Source: Alphaproteobacteria bacterium
Lineage (GTDB): Bacteria; Pseudomonadota; Alphaproteobacteria; MPNO01; UBA830
Length of the DNA: 64,000 bases
NCBI GenBank assembly: GCA_965243135.1
Contig: OZ251539.1
Coordinates: 3,392,001 to 3,456,000 of the forward strand
Reading direction: 5' to 3'
A program made the position numbers and the translations under genes. Shown piece after piece: positions 48,028 through 57,596 of the stretch (the stretch's first letter is position 1; every line of letters begins with the position of its first letter). The notes under the pieces are model-generated. The model was given only the letters and a program-made list of their open reading frames with translations, did no database searches and was not told the DNA's origin.

Positions 48028-48360
48028 TCAGTCGGGAACGGCGGGAGCGCCCGCCAGGAGGGCGGCGAGAGCCTCTATCCGGACGGCGACGGCTTCGACG
48101 TCCGCGGCGAGGCTTTTCTCCGTCGCGCCGCTCGCCGCCCTGATCTTTCCCAACTCGGCGGTGGCGTCCGCGAACTCGCCGGCGATCTGCAGCGACGCCA
48201 TGAGGATAAGGCGGGCGTCACCCACCTGCCCGACGGAAGCGACGAGGCCTTGCACCCGCCTGTCGACGTACTGGCCCAGCCGCTCGATATGATGTTCCTG
48301 TCCGTCGTCGCACGAGATCTGATAGCTGCGTCCGTTGACGGTGACGTAGACCTGCGCCAC
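48028..48360 (-). CDS. zapA: Cell division protein ZapA
   Basis: V.VTVNGRSY.ISCDDGQE.H, GQVGDARL..MASL. Confidence 0.92.
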   Translation of the reverse strand: MAQVYVTVNGRSYQISCDDGQEHHIERLGQYVDRRVQGLVASVGQVGDARLILMASLQIAGEFADATAELGKIRAASGATEKSLAADVEAVAVRIEALAALLAGAPAVPD

Positions 48361-48361
48361 G

Positions 48362-48565
48362 TCACTCCTCCAGAACGGCCTTGAGGCGACCGATCACCGC
48401 ATCGAGGCGCCCGGAAACCGCCGCGGCCACCGCCTCCAGCTCAGCGCAACGCGCCCGCGCTTCCGCGAGGGCGGTCGCGTCCGTTCCCTCCGCCCGTCCT
48501 GCCGCCTCTTCCAGGGCGGCGACGGCGAGATCGAGGCGTTTTCGCGCTTCATTCAGTTCCGGCAT
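48362..48565 (-). CDS. Small coiled-coil protein (DUF4164-like)
   Basis: RLD.A...LE...VSGRLDAVIGRLKAVLE; immediately upstream of zapA. Confidence 0.75.
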   Translation of the reverse strand: MPELNEARKRLDLAVAALEEAAGRAEGTDATALAEARARCAELEAVAAAVSGRLDAVIGRLKAVLEE

Positions 48566-49096
48566 GCAAAACTCCACCCGACTTCAAGCGTCAAGAATAT
48601 GACCAAGCCGGACGCAGCGTCAACGAATCGGCGCGCTCGGCGGCAGACTGCACCGATCGGACGGCCGACCGCCCCGTGCGCGACAGCGCTTCCGCGCCGC
48701 GGCAAGACCCCGGCCGCGGTTTCCCCGGACCGGCCGTCCGGCGCGCCGGAAGGAAATCGTCTGACTTGCGGATGCGCTCGGGTTAGCATTCGCGCCGGGG
48801 AGGGAATCGACCATGCTTTTTGTCCTTGGCGCGGCAGGACCGTCCGCCGGGGCCTCGGGCCGCTTCGGCGCGGCCTCGCTTCGAGCGTCCTCGCCGGAAA
48901 CGGCCTGCAGACGGCGGCCGTCCGGTTTCGAGGGACCGCTCCGGCCTGCGGGCGCGCAGGTTCGCCGGGGGTTTCGGCGAGCGCCTTCGACGGCCTTCTC
49001 CGGGAGGATCCGGCTCTCCAGCGCTTCCCGGCGGGCCACCGGCTTGAACCTGCGCAGCCCGTGACGACCGCTTCGTCCGGCGCGAATTGGCCCCGC

Positions 49097-49519
49097 ATGC
49101 AGAAAAGCCGCCCGGTCTTCGTCGTCCACTCCCTGGCGCACGCCCTTGCGGCCGCAAGGGCAGCGGGCCCGCGCCCCATCGCGCTGAGCAGCGCGCCCGG
49201 CGCCGCCTGCTACGCCGGCGTCGGCTGGTTTCTCGAAATCCTCGCCGAAACCAGGAAACTGATGCCGGAAGCGGACGTCGCCGCGATCCTCGATTGCGGC
49301 GACGACGCGGCGGTCGCGATCGAAGCGCTCCGCGCCGGCGCGGAAGAAGTTCGAATCCGGGGAGCCGCCGCGGATCAGGTCGCGGAGATCGCGGCGGCCC
49401 TCGGCACCCGAGCGAACGGCCCCGAGGGACCGATCATCGACATGCGGTGGGCGGACTGCGAAACCTGCCTCGCCTTTCTCGATTCTCGGGATCCGCAGAG
49501 CCGCCTTCGCCGTTCGTAA
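49097..49519 (+). CDS. Conserved hypothetical protein
   Basis: VVHSLAHA.AA...LSSAPGAA.YAG.GWF...LDCGDD...A..ALRAG; recalled as a gene typically just upstream of fba in Rhodospirillales. Confidence 0.65.
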   Translation: MQKSRPVFVVHSLAHALAAARAAGPRPIALSSAPGAACYAGVGWFLEILAETRKLMPEADVAAILDCGDDAAVAIEALRAGAEEVRIRGAAADQVAEIAAALGTRANGPEGPIIDMRWADCETCLAFLDSRDPQSRLRRS

Positions 49520-49950
49520 CCTCCGCCCGCAGACTTGAAAGAGACGACGCTTTCGTCCCGATTCGGGCACGGAAGACTTGCGAATTCGCCGCGCCGAAGC
49601 CGCAGTTGGCCCATACCGTCCCCGGAACCGACCCTGCGACGAACGACGGCGCCTCTCCGCGCAAAAAACTCTGAACCCCGAGGGTTGGCCGCGAGCGGCG
49701 TTGCCGGCGCCGAAAACCACGACGCGCAGAGGCAGCGGAACATTCTTTTGCCGGAAGCGGCAAGTTGTCCGACCCGGAGCGCCCTGCGCCGGTTCTCGAA
49801 GCGCTGCCAACGCGAGAGCGGCGCGGACAAACCGCTTCGCGCGGTCTACTGCGTTCTTCGAACCGGCGAGCCTCCCCGAGACCAGCTACGAGGCAATGAC
49901 GGTGAAGCGCCTCGCCGGACGCTCGAAGCTTACGACGCCTCAGGTCGACG

Positions 49951-50153
49951 AAAGCCGCTCCGCGACCGCATGCCCGCGTTCCGACCATAGCCCGGCTCGC
50001 TCCGAGTTTGCCGCATGGCGTCGAGGCAACCCGATATTCCGGTCTTGATCCGCAGTCGCCGGTCTGCATGACTTTTGCGGGCCTGCCGACGGACGGACGG
50101 AGCGGGCGCCGAGCTCGCGGCAGCCGACAAAAACGGCGCGGCGCAAATGCCTC
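49951..50153 (+). repeat. Dispersed non-coding element, copy A (homologous to 54882-55072)
   Basis: Shared blocks CCGCTCCGCGACCG, GGCGTCGA.GCAACCCGATAT, TTGCGGGC.TGCCGACG, GGCAGCCGAC.AAAACGG...GCGCAAA.GCCTC. Confidence 0.7.
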
Positions 50154-50168
50154 TACCGACACTCCTCC

Positions 50169-50203
50169 TTGACGGCTCCGGCGCGGCGGCCTACTCTCTC
50201 CGG
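50169..50203 (+). promoter_or_regulatory. Sigma70-like leaderless promoter
   Basis: TTGACG-17bp-TACTCT-6bp-ATG(50204); no SD. Confidence 0.6.
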
Positions 50204-51737
50204 ATGGCGAAACGCATGCTTCCGACCGGCATGACCTCCCTCCGGAAAATCCGGACGAGGGACTGCTATTACGTCGACAAGACAGACCATGTGCGCCGCC
50301 TCGTCGAAGGGGGCGATTACTACTTTCTGTCACGTCCGCGCCGGTTCGGCAAGACCCTTCTGGTGGACACCCTGCAGAAACTGTTCGAGGGAAGCGAGGA
50401 GCTGTTCCGGGGCCTCGCCGTGCACGGCAAGTGGGACTGGTCGGCGCGCCACCCGATCGTGCGGCTCAGCTTCAGCAGGGGCAATTTCGTCGTCCCGGAC
50501 GGGGTTCGGATAACCGTGGAAAGACAGCTGGCGGCGGCGGAGAGGCGCGCGGGCCTCGAACCGGGGCCCGCCGAGGCCTCGAACCGTTTCGGGGAATTGA
50601 TCGAGGCCCTGCACGAGCGCACCGGGCGGCAGGTGGTCGTTCTGGTGGACGAGTACGACAAGCCGATCCTGGACGCGCTCGGCGACCGGGAACTGGCGCG
50701 GGCCAACCGGGACTTCCTGCGCAGCCTGTACGGGGCGATCAAGGACTGCGACGAGCAGCTCCGTTTCGTTTTCCTGACGGGGGTGAGCAAGTTCTCGCGA
50801 GCGGGCATTTTCTCGGGCCTGAACAATCTGAACGACATCACGCTGGACGAGCGCTACGGTGCCCTTTGCGGCTACACGGACGACGATCTGGACGCGGTCT
50901 TCGCCCCGGAACTGGAGGGCCTGGACCGGGACGAGATCCGCCGCTGGTACAATGGCTACAACTGGCTCGGGCCGGAAAGAGTCTACAACCCGTTCGACAT
51001 CCTGCTGCTGTTCGACAAGCGCGATTTTCGCCCGTACTGGCTCCAGAGCGGCACGCCGACCTTCCTCGCCGACCTTCTGTCGCGGCGCCGGTTCGCGCCG
51101 CCGGCCCTGGAGGGCATGTTCGCGGACGACGACCTGCTTTCGGCCGTCGACGTCGACCGCATCCCCATCGAGGCGCTTCTGTTCCAGACCGGCTACCTGA
51201 CCATCGTCGGCGAGAAGCGGGACGAGGACGCGCGCCTCTACCAGCTGGACTACCCCAACCAGGAGGTGAAGCGCAGCCTGAACGCGCTCCTGCTGGAGGC
51301 GATTGCGCCGGGCGTCGCGGTCGCGGCGGGGAGCCAGGAGCTGCGCCGCCTGATGCGCGCGAACGACTTCGCGGGCCTCGAGAATCTGTTCCGGGCGTTC
51401 CTGGCGAGCATCCCGAACGAGTGGTACGCGAACACGGGCATGGCGGGGGCGCACTACGCGAGCGTGCTCGCACTTCGTGGCGGCGGGGATGGACGTCCGC
51501 GCCGAGGAGAGCACGGCGCGCGGCCGCTCGGACCTGACGGTCCTGTACAACGGCAACGTCTATCTGTTCGAGTTCAAGGTCGCGGACGGGAAGCCGCAAG
51601 GCCGGGCTCTGGCGCAGATTCGGGAGCGCGGCTACGCGGACAAGCACCGGAGTCCGGGCGTGCCGGTCCACCTGATCGGGGTGGAGTTCGGCCGGGAGGA
51701 GCGCAACATCGTCGGGTTCGAGTTCGAGACCGTCTGA
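50204..51737 (+). pseudogene. AAA-ATPase-like + PD-(D/E)XK nuclease, copy 1, frameshifted before the nuclease domain
   Basis: YYVDKT, RPRRFGKT, LVDEYDKP; relative to copy 2 a 6-bp and a 5-bp deletion near 51445-51467; GRSDL..FEFK lies in another frame (51477..51737). Confidence 0.85.
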
Positions 51738-51977
51738 AGCCGGGAGCCGGACGGGCTGGACGTCCCGTCCGGACATTTCGAACGGTCGAACCGCTTCAAC
51801 GAAAGGCGTCGCCCGCGTCGCGGGGACTGGCCCGTCGCGCGTTTCGTCGGAAACGACCTATGCCTCAGCGGAAATCGCCGCGGCGCGGCGCGCGCACCTC
51901 GTCCGCAGGAAACGAATTGAAACCGCCATCGCGTTGCGGTAGAAGAACCGGCAGGAAACTCCCAGGAGACAGCCGAG

Positions 51978-52892
51978 ATGCGCGTCAGCCAGAAGGTCAG
52001 GCAAATCCTGGCCGGATACGAAAGCGACAACCCCGGCACCAAGACTTCGCTTGCCCGGATCCTGATGCAAGGACGCCTCGGCGGCACCGGAAAACTTGTC
52101 GTCCTGCCGGTCGACCAGGGTTTCGAGCACGGACCGGCGCGCAGCTTCGCGCCCAACCCGGCCGGATACGATCCCCACTATCATTTCCAGCTCGCCGTCG
52201 ATGCCGGCCTCTCCGCCTACGCCGCCCCGCTCGGCATGCTGGAAGCGGGAGCGGACAGTTTCGCCGGAGCCGTGCCGACCATATTGAAGTGCAATTCGGC
52301 GAACTCCCTCGCGACCAACAAGGACCAGGCGGTGACCGCGTCCATCGGCGACGCGTTGCGGCTCGGCTGCGCGGCGATCGGATTCACGATCTATCCGGGA
52401 TCGGACGACCAGTACGAACTGATCGAGGAAATCCGCGAACTCGCTGAAGAGGCCAAGTCCGTCGGCCTCGCGGTGGTCGTCTGGTCGTATCCGCGCGGCG
52501 GCGTCCTCGACAAGACGGGCGAGACCGCGGTCGACGTCTGCGCCTACGCGGCGCACATGGCGGCGTTGATCGGCGCCCATATCATCAAGGTCAAGCCGCC
52601 GACCGAGACCGTCTTCCTGGACGCGGCCGCCATGTCTTACGAGTCGATTCCGGTCGCGACTCTCGCGCAGCGCATCGAACACGTGGTCCAGTCGTGCTTC
52701 GCCGGCAAGCGCCTGGTCGTGTTCTCCGGCGGCGAGGCGAAGGACCCGGAAGGGATCTTCGACGAGGTCCGCGCCATTCGCGACGGCGGCGGGAACGGCT
52801 CCATAATCGGCCGCAACACGTTTCAACGTCCGAGAGAGGACGCGCTGAAGATGCTGGACACGATCGTGTCCATCTACGAATTGTCTGCGTAA
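51978..52892 (+). CDS. fbaB: Class I fructose-bisphosphate aldolase (DhnA/FbaB type)
   Basis: LPVDQGFEHGP, GFTIYPGS, WSYPRG, GAHIIKVK, VFSGG, GSIIGRN.FQR. Confidence 0.94.
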   Translation: MRVSQKVRQILAGYESDNPGTKTSLARILMQGRLGGTGKLVVLPVDQGFEHGPARSFAPNPAGYDPHYHFQLAVDAGLSAYAAPLGMLEAGADSFAGAVPTILKCNSANSLATNKDQAVTASIGDALRLGCAAIGFTIYPGSDDQYELIEEIRELAEEAKSVGLAVVVWSYPRGGVLDKTGETAVDVCAYAAHMAALIGAHIIKVKPPTETVFLDAAAMSYESIPVATLAQRIEHVVQSCFAGKRLVVFSGGEAKDPEGIFDEVRAIRDGGGNGSIIGRNTFQRPREDALKMLDTIVSIYELSA

Positions 52893-52953
52893 TACTCTAG
52901 ATAACTCATTTCCTGCCGCGCTGAAGATGCTGGACACGATCGTGTCCATCTAC
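52841..52953. repeat. 37-bp perfect direct repeat separated by a 39-bp AT-rich insert
   Basis: CGCGCTGAAGATGCTGGACACGATCGTGTCCATCTAC at 52841-52877 and 52917-52953. Confidence 0.95.
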
Positions 52954-52972
52954 AGGGACGAGGCCTGACCGC

Positions 52973-53608
52973 ATTCGCGCGGAATCCTGCCAGCTCTACC
53001 TGGTTACCCCGCCGCGGCTTCCCGACCCGGTCCGGTTCCGCGATTCGCTCGCCGCCGCGCTCGACGGCGGTCCGATTGCGTGCGTTCAGCTTCGCCTCAA
53101 GGAAGCGACGGACGACGAGATTCGCGCGGCGACCGACCTTCTGCGCGACGTCGTCCGGGACCGCGACGTCGCCTTCGTCCTGAACGACCGCCCCGACCTC
53201 GCGGCCGAACTCGGCTGCGACGGCGTCCACGTCGGCCAGGACGACGCGCCGTGCGCCGAGGCGCGGCGAACCGTGGGCGAGGACGCGATCGTCGGCGTCA
53301 CCTGCAAGGCGTCGCGGCACCTGGCCCTAGAGGCCGGCGAGGCCGGAGCCGACTACGTGGCGTTCGGCGCGTTCTTTCCCTCCGCGACCAAGCCCGCGAC
53401 CACGCCCTCCGCCCCTGAAATCCTCTCGTGGTGGCAGGAGATGACGACGATGCCCTGCGTCGCGATCGGCGGCATAACGGTCGATAATTGCCCGGCGCTC
53501 GTCGAAGCCGGAGCCGACTTCCTCGCCGTCGCCTCGGGCGTCTGGAACCATCCCGCAGGGCCGGCCGCCGCGGTTCGCGCCTTCGAAGTCCGAATGCGGG
53601 AAGGATAG
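52973..53608 (+). CDS. thiE: Thiamine phosphate synthase; start codon uncertain (ATT?)
   Basis: [52 protein letters not shown]; frame open from 52925 with no ATG/GTG/TTG until 53273. Confidence 0.9.
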   Translation: MRAESCQLYLVTPPRLPDPVRFRDSLAAALDGGPIACVQLRLKEATDDEIRAATDLLRDVVRDRDVAFVLNDRPDLAAELGCDGVHVGQDDAPCAEARRTVGEDAIVGVTCKASRHLALEAGEAGADYVAFGAFFPSATKPATTPSAPEILSWWQEMTTMPCVAIGGITVDNCPALVEAGADFLAVASGVWNHPAGPAAAVRAFEVRMREG

Positions 53609-53633
53609 GCGCGCCCGCCGACGCGCAACCGCC

Positions 53634-54632
53634 TCACGACGCGGTCGCCCACAGGACGTCTTCGATCCGCGGCGCGCCCGTCGCAAGCATCGCCAGCCGG
53701 TCGAAGCCGAGCGCGATTCCGGCGCATTCCGGCAGGCCGCGACCGAGCGCTTCGAGGAAATCGTCGTCGACCGGGTAAACGGCCTGGCCGAGACGGGCGC
53801 GGCGCCCGGCCCATTCCGCGAACCGGCGGCGATGTTCGCCCGGGTCGGTCAGCTCTCCGTAGCCGTTGGCGAGTTCGAGTCCGCAAATGAAGATTTCGAA
53901 GCGCTCGGCGACGCTCGGGTCGTCGGGGTCGAGCCGCGCGAGCGCCGCCATCGGCGCCGGGTAGGAGTGCAGTATCGCGGGCGCGCCGGTTCCGAGAAAC
54001 GGCTCGACGCGGTCGAGGAAGATGCGAAAGAAAACGTCTTCCCAGGAATCGGACGGGGCGGTGCGCAGCCCGATCGTCCGGGCGGCGGCGCGCAGGCCGT
54101 CGACGTCGCCGGCCTCGCCGAGGTCGACATCCGCGTGGCGGCGAAACGCTTCGGCGACCGACACGAACTCCCAGGGAGCCGACAGGTCGCACGCGCTGCC
54201 GTCGCGGCGGACCTCGGGACCGGCCAGCGTCCGGACGAGATCCCTCGCCTCGCAAGCGACATCGCGCCACGAGGCGCCGGTCCGATACCACTCGAGCATG
54301 GAGAATTCGGGATGGTGCTTCGCCGACGAATCTGCGTCGCGAAACACCCGGGCAAGCTGCCATATCCGTTCCATCCCCCCGGCGAGCAGTTTCTTCATCG
54401 CGAATTCCGGCGAGGTGTGCAGATAACGAACCGAGCGGTCGCCGGCGACGATCTCGAAGGCGGAGAGATGGGGTTCGAGTCCGGGCGACGCCTGAAGCGC
54501 GGGCGTCTCCACTTCGGTATAGCCGCGCGCGTCGAAAAACGGGCGAAGCATCCGGATCATCTCGGCGCGGCGCCGCAGCGCCGGGCGGCGGGCGGCGAGC
54601 CGCGAAGGCTCCCACCAGGCGGATTCAGTCAT
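53634..54632 (-). CDS. epmA: EF-P lysine aminoacylase EpmA/GenX
   Basis: EVETP.LQ.SPG.EPHL, YLHTSPEFAMKKLL, HHPEFSMLEWYR, ELANG, GIALGFDRL. Confidence 0.94.
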   Translation of the reverse strand: MTESAWWEPSRLAARRPALRRRAEMIRMLRPFFDARGYTEVETPALQASPGLEPHLSAFEIVAGDRSVRYLHTSPEFAMKKLLAGGMERIWQLARVFRDADSSAKHHPEFSMLEWYRTGASWRDVACEARDLVRTLAGPEVRRDGSACDLSAPWEFVSVAEAFRRHADVDLGEAGDVDGLRAAARTIGLRTAPSDSWEDVFFRIFLDRVEPFLGTGAPAILHSYPAPMAALARLDPDDPSVAERFEIFICGLELANGYGELTDPGEHRRRFAEWAGRRARLGQAVYPVDDDFLEALGRGLPECAGIALGFDRLAMLATGAPRIEDVLWATAS

Positions 54633-54881
54633 ACCGCGAATATGCCCTATCGGCCGGAAAAACGTCACCCGGACGGGACGTGCCAGTCCATGCCGGAACG
54701 CGATTTCGCGCCGCGTCCGTCCGCCGAGGCGCGGTCCCTGCTCCCGCCCGCCGATTCGAGGTTCTTGCGCCGTTCGTAGCGTCTTGAAATACGGACGGCT
54801 TTGAGGGGCGTGGAATTTCTTTCGCTCGGGCACGGAAAAACTGCGGATTTTCCACGCCGAAACCGCCATTTTTTCCACCCC

Positions 54882-55072
54882 AAAACCGCTCCGCGACCGT
54901 GCGTCATGGCCCGGTTCGCCTCGAGTTCGCCGTGCGGCGTCGAAGCAACCCGATATCCGTTTTCGTTCCGCAGCCGCCCTCCTGCCCGACCCTTGCGGGC
55001 TTGCCGACGAGCGGCCGGGGCGGAGCGCCGAGCGGACGGCAGCCGACGAAAACGGTACGGCGCAAACGCCTC
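54882..55072 (+). repeat. Dispersed non-coding element, copy B
   Basis: Aligns by eye to 49951-50153; ends CGCAAACGCCTC. Confidence 0.7.
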
Positions 55073-55257
55073 GAGGTCTGAAATCAATGGCTCGATTGGC
55101 ATTGCATCGCCTTGCCCGGCGTTGTTCGACGATGCCGATGAACGCTCCAGGAAGGAAATTCAAGAAAACCGCATTCAGCGGGTTAGGGGAGATTTCCGCG
55201 GAACCGCGCCAGCTTGATGGCAGCGGAGCATGCATAATGCCGATCGAGCCAATTCAA

Positions 55258-55293
55258 TTGACCGTTTCCGTTGCGGCGGCCTATTCTAACCGA
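55258..55293 (+). promoter_or_regulatory. Sigma70-like leaderless promoter
   Basis: TTGACC-18bp-TATTCT-6bp-ATG(55294); homologous to 50169-50203. Confidence 0.6.
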
Positions 55294-56835
55294 ATGAAAA
55301 AACGCATGCTTCCGATCGGGATGACCTCCCTCCGGAAAATCCAGAGGGAGGACTGCTACTACGTCGACAAGACGGACCTTTTGCGCCGTCTCGTCGAAGG
55401 TGGTCAGCACTATTTTCTGTCGCGCCCGCGCCGGTTCGGCAAGACCCTGCTTGTGGACACGCTGCAGGAGCTGTTCGAGGGAAGCGAGGAGCTGTTCCGG
55501 GGCCTCGCCGTGCACGGCAAATGGGACTGGTCGGCGCGCCACCCGGTCGTGCGGCTGGATTTCGGCGGGGGCGATTTCGGCGACCCGGACGGGGTTCGGG
55601 AAGAAGCGGAATCGCAACTGAAGGCGGCGGAGAGGCTGGCCGGCATCGAGCCGGGCAGCGCCAGAGTTTCGATCCGCTTCCGGGAACTGATCGCGGCCCT
55701 GCACGAGCGCACCGGGCAGCGGGCGGTCGTGCTGGTGGACGAATACGACAAACCGATCCTGGACGCGCTCGGCGACCGGGAACTGGCGCTGGCCAACCGC
55801 GACTTCCTGCGCAGCCTGTACGGGACGATCAAGGCCTGCGACAGGCATCTCCGTTTCGTTTTTCTGACGGGGGTGAGCAAGTTCTCGCAGGCGGGAATTT
55901 TCTCGGGCCTGAACAACCTGAACGACATCACGCTGGACGAGCGCTACGGCGCCCTCTGCGGCTACACGGACGCGGAGCTGGACGCGGTCTTCGCCCCGGA
56001 ACTCGAGGGCCTGGACCGGGAGGAGGTCCGGCGCTGGTACAACGGCTACAACTGGCTCGGACCGGAGAGGGTCTACAACCCGCACGACATCCTGCTGCTG
56101 TTCGACAAGCGCAGATTCCGCCCGTACTGGTTCCAGACCGGCACGCCGACCTTCCTCGCCGACCTTCTGGCGCGGCGCCGGGTCGCAGCGCCGGCCCTGG
56201 AGGGTCTGGTCGCCGGCCACTCGCTGTTGTCGGCCATCGACGTCGACCGCATTCCCGTCGAGGCGCTGCTGTTCCAGACCGGCTACCTGACCGTCGTCGG
56301 CGAAGAGCGGGACGAGGATACGCGCCTCTACCAGCTGGACTACCCGAACCAGGAGGTGAGGCGCAGTCTGAACGCGCTTCTGCTGAAAGCAATGGCGCCG
56401 GAGGTCACGGTCGCGGCGGAGAGCCGGGAGTTGCGCCGCCTGATGCGGGCGAACGACTTCGCGGGCCTCGAGAATCTGTTCCGGGCGTTCCTGGCGAGCA
56501 TCCCGAACGAGTGGTACGCGAACACGGGCATGGCCGGCTACGAGGCGCACTACGCGAGCGTGTTCTACTCGCACTTCGTGGCGGCGGGGATGGACGTCCG
56601 CGCCGAGGAGAGCACGGCGCGCGGCCGCTCGGACCTGACGGTCCTGTACGGCGGCGTCTACCTGTTCGAGTTCAAGGTCGCGGACGGGAAGCCGGAAGGA
56701 CGGGCGCTGGCGCAGATCCGAGAGCGCGGCTACGCGGACAAGTACCGGCGTCCGGGCGTGCAGGTCCACCTGATCGGCATCGAGTTCGGCCGGGAGGAGC
56801 GCAACATCGTCGGGTTCGAGTTCGAGACCGTTTGA
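55294..56835 (+). CDS. AAA-ATPase-like + PD-(D/E)XK nuclease, copy 2, intact
   Basis: LPIG, YYVDKT, Walker A RPRRFGKT, Walker B LVDEYDKP, FLTGVSKF, YPN.EV, GRSDL..FEFK..AL.QI..RGYA.KY. Confidence 0.92.
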   Translation: MKKRMLPIGMTSLRKIQREDCYYVDKTDLLRRLVEGGQHYFLSRPRRFGKTLLVDTLQELFEGSEELFRGLAVHGKWDWSARHPVVRLDFGGGDFGDPDGVREEAESQLKAAERLAGIEPGSARVSIRFRELIAALHERTGQRAVVLVDEYDKPILDALGDRELALANRDFLRSLYGTIKACDRHLRFVFLTGVSKFSQAGIFSGLNNLNDITLDERYGALCGYTDAELDAVFAPELEGLDREEVRRWYNGYNWLGPERVYNPHDILLLFDKRRFRPYWFQTGTPTFLADLLARRRVAAPALEGLVAGHSLLSAIDVDRIPVEALLFQTGYLTVVGEERDEDTRLYQLDYPNQEVRRSLNALLLKAMAPEVTVAAESRELRRLMRANDFAGLENLFRAFLASIPNEWYANTGMAGYEAHYASVFYSHFVAAGMDVRAEESTARGRSDLTVLYGGVYLFEFKVADGKPEGRALAQIRERGYADKYRRPGVQVHLIGIEFGREERNIVGFEFETV

Positions 56836-57175
56836 ACAGCTGTCCAACGCCGATGTCCCCGTGCCGGTTCGAGAGCCTCGGAGGTCTCGATTTCGGAACT
56901 CCCGGCGTGGTGCCCGTTTTCGTTGAATCTTTGCGCAGCGGTCGCGTTTTGCCTCCCTGCGCGACAACGTAGCGCATTGCCTCGGAGCCTCTTGCGATGA
57001 CCGTCTCGCTTGCGAAGCGCAACGCAGGCCGTCGGCGGCGCGACCGGTCAACAACAAAGGCGCAGCGCAAACGCCTCGAGAAAATTCTTGCAATGCCGAA
57101 TCCCGCGGCACATGATCGGCGCGTTCCCGCGAACGAGCGCGAAAAACTCCGGGAACGCCACGGCGGAGGCAAGAC

Positions 57176-57577
57176 ATGACAAGCAAGCAATGCGTATTCG
57201 TCCCCGGCATGTCCGAAGCGTTGGAGGAAGCGAGGGTTCCGATTTCGCCCGCCGTGAAGGCCAACGGTTTCGTGTTCGTTTCCGGCCTGCCTCCCGTCGA
57301 TCCCAAGACCGGCAAGGTCGTCAACGGCGACATCGCGCGGCAAACCCGGCTCAGCCTGCGAAACGTCCAGCGCGCGCTGCGCGCCGCCGGCTCCTCCCTC
57401 GACCGCGTGGTCAAGGTGAACGTGTATATTTCCAACTCCGCGTATTTCAACACGGTCAACGAAGAATACCGCAAGTTCTTTCCCGAGAATCCCCCCGCGA
57501 GAACCTTCGTCACGGTCGGGTCGTGGCCGTGGGAGTTCGATATCGAGATCGAATGCACGGCCTTGTGCGACGACTGA
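57176..57577 (+). CDS. RidA family protein (possibly 2-aminomuconate deaminase)
   Basis: SPAVKANGFVFVSG, NEEY.KFF...PPART, IEIEC; next to nbaC. Confidence 0.85.
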   Translation: MTSKQCVFVPGMSEALEEARVPISPAVKANGFVFVSGLPPVDPKTGKVVNGDIARQTRLSLRNVQRALRAAGSSLDRVVKVNVYISNSAYFNTVNEEYRKFFPENPPARTFVTVGSWPWEFDIEIECTALCDD

Positions 57578-57596
57578 ACCGGCAGGGAGATCATAG

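Noticed and set aside
50075-52447. Apparent 790-aa ATPase fusion running into fbaB
   Set aside because: Read-through product of the 5-bp deletion near 51467; the tail is not a real domain
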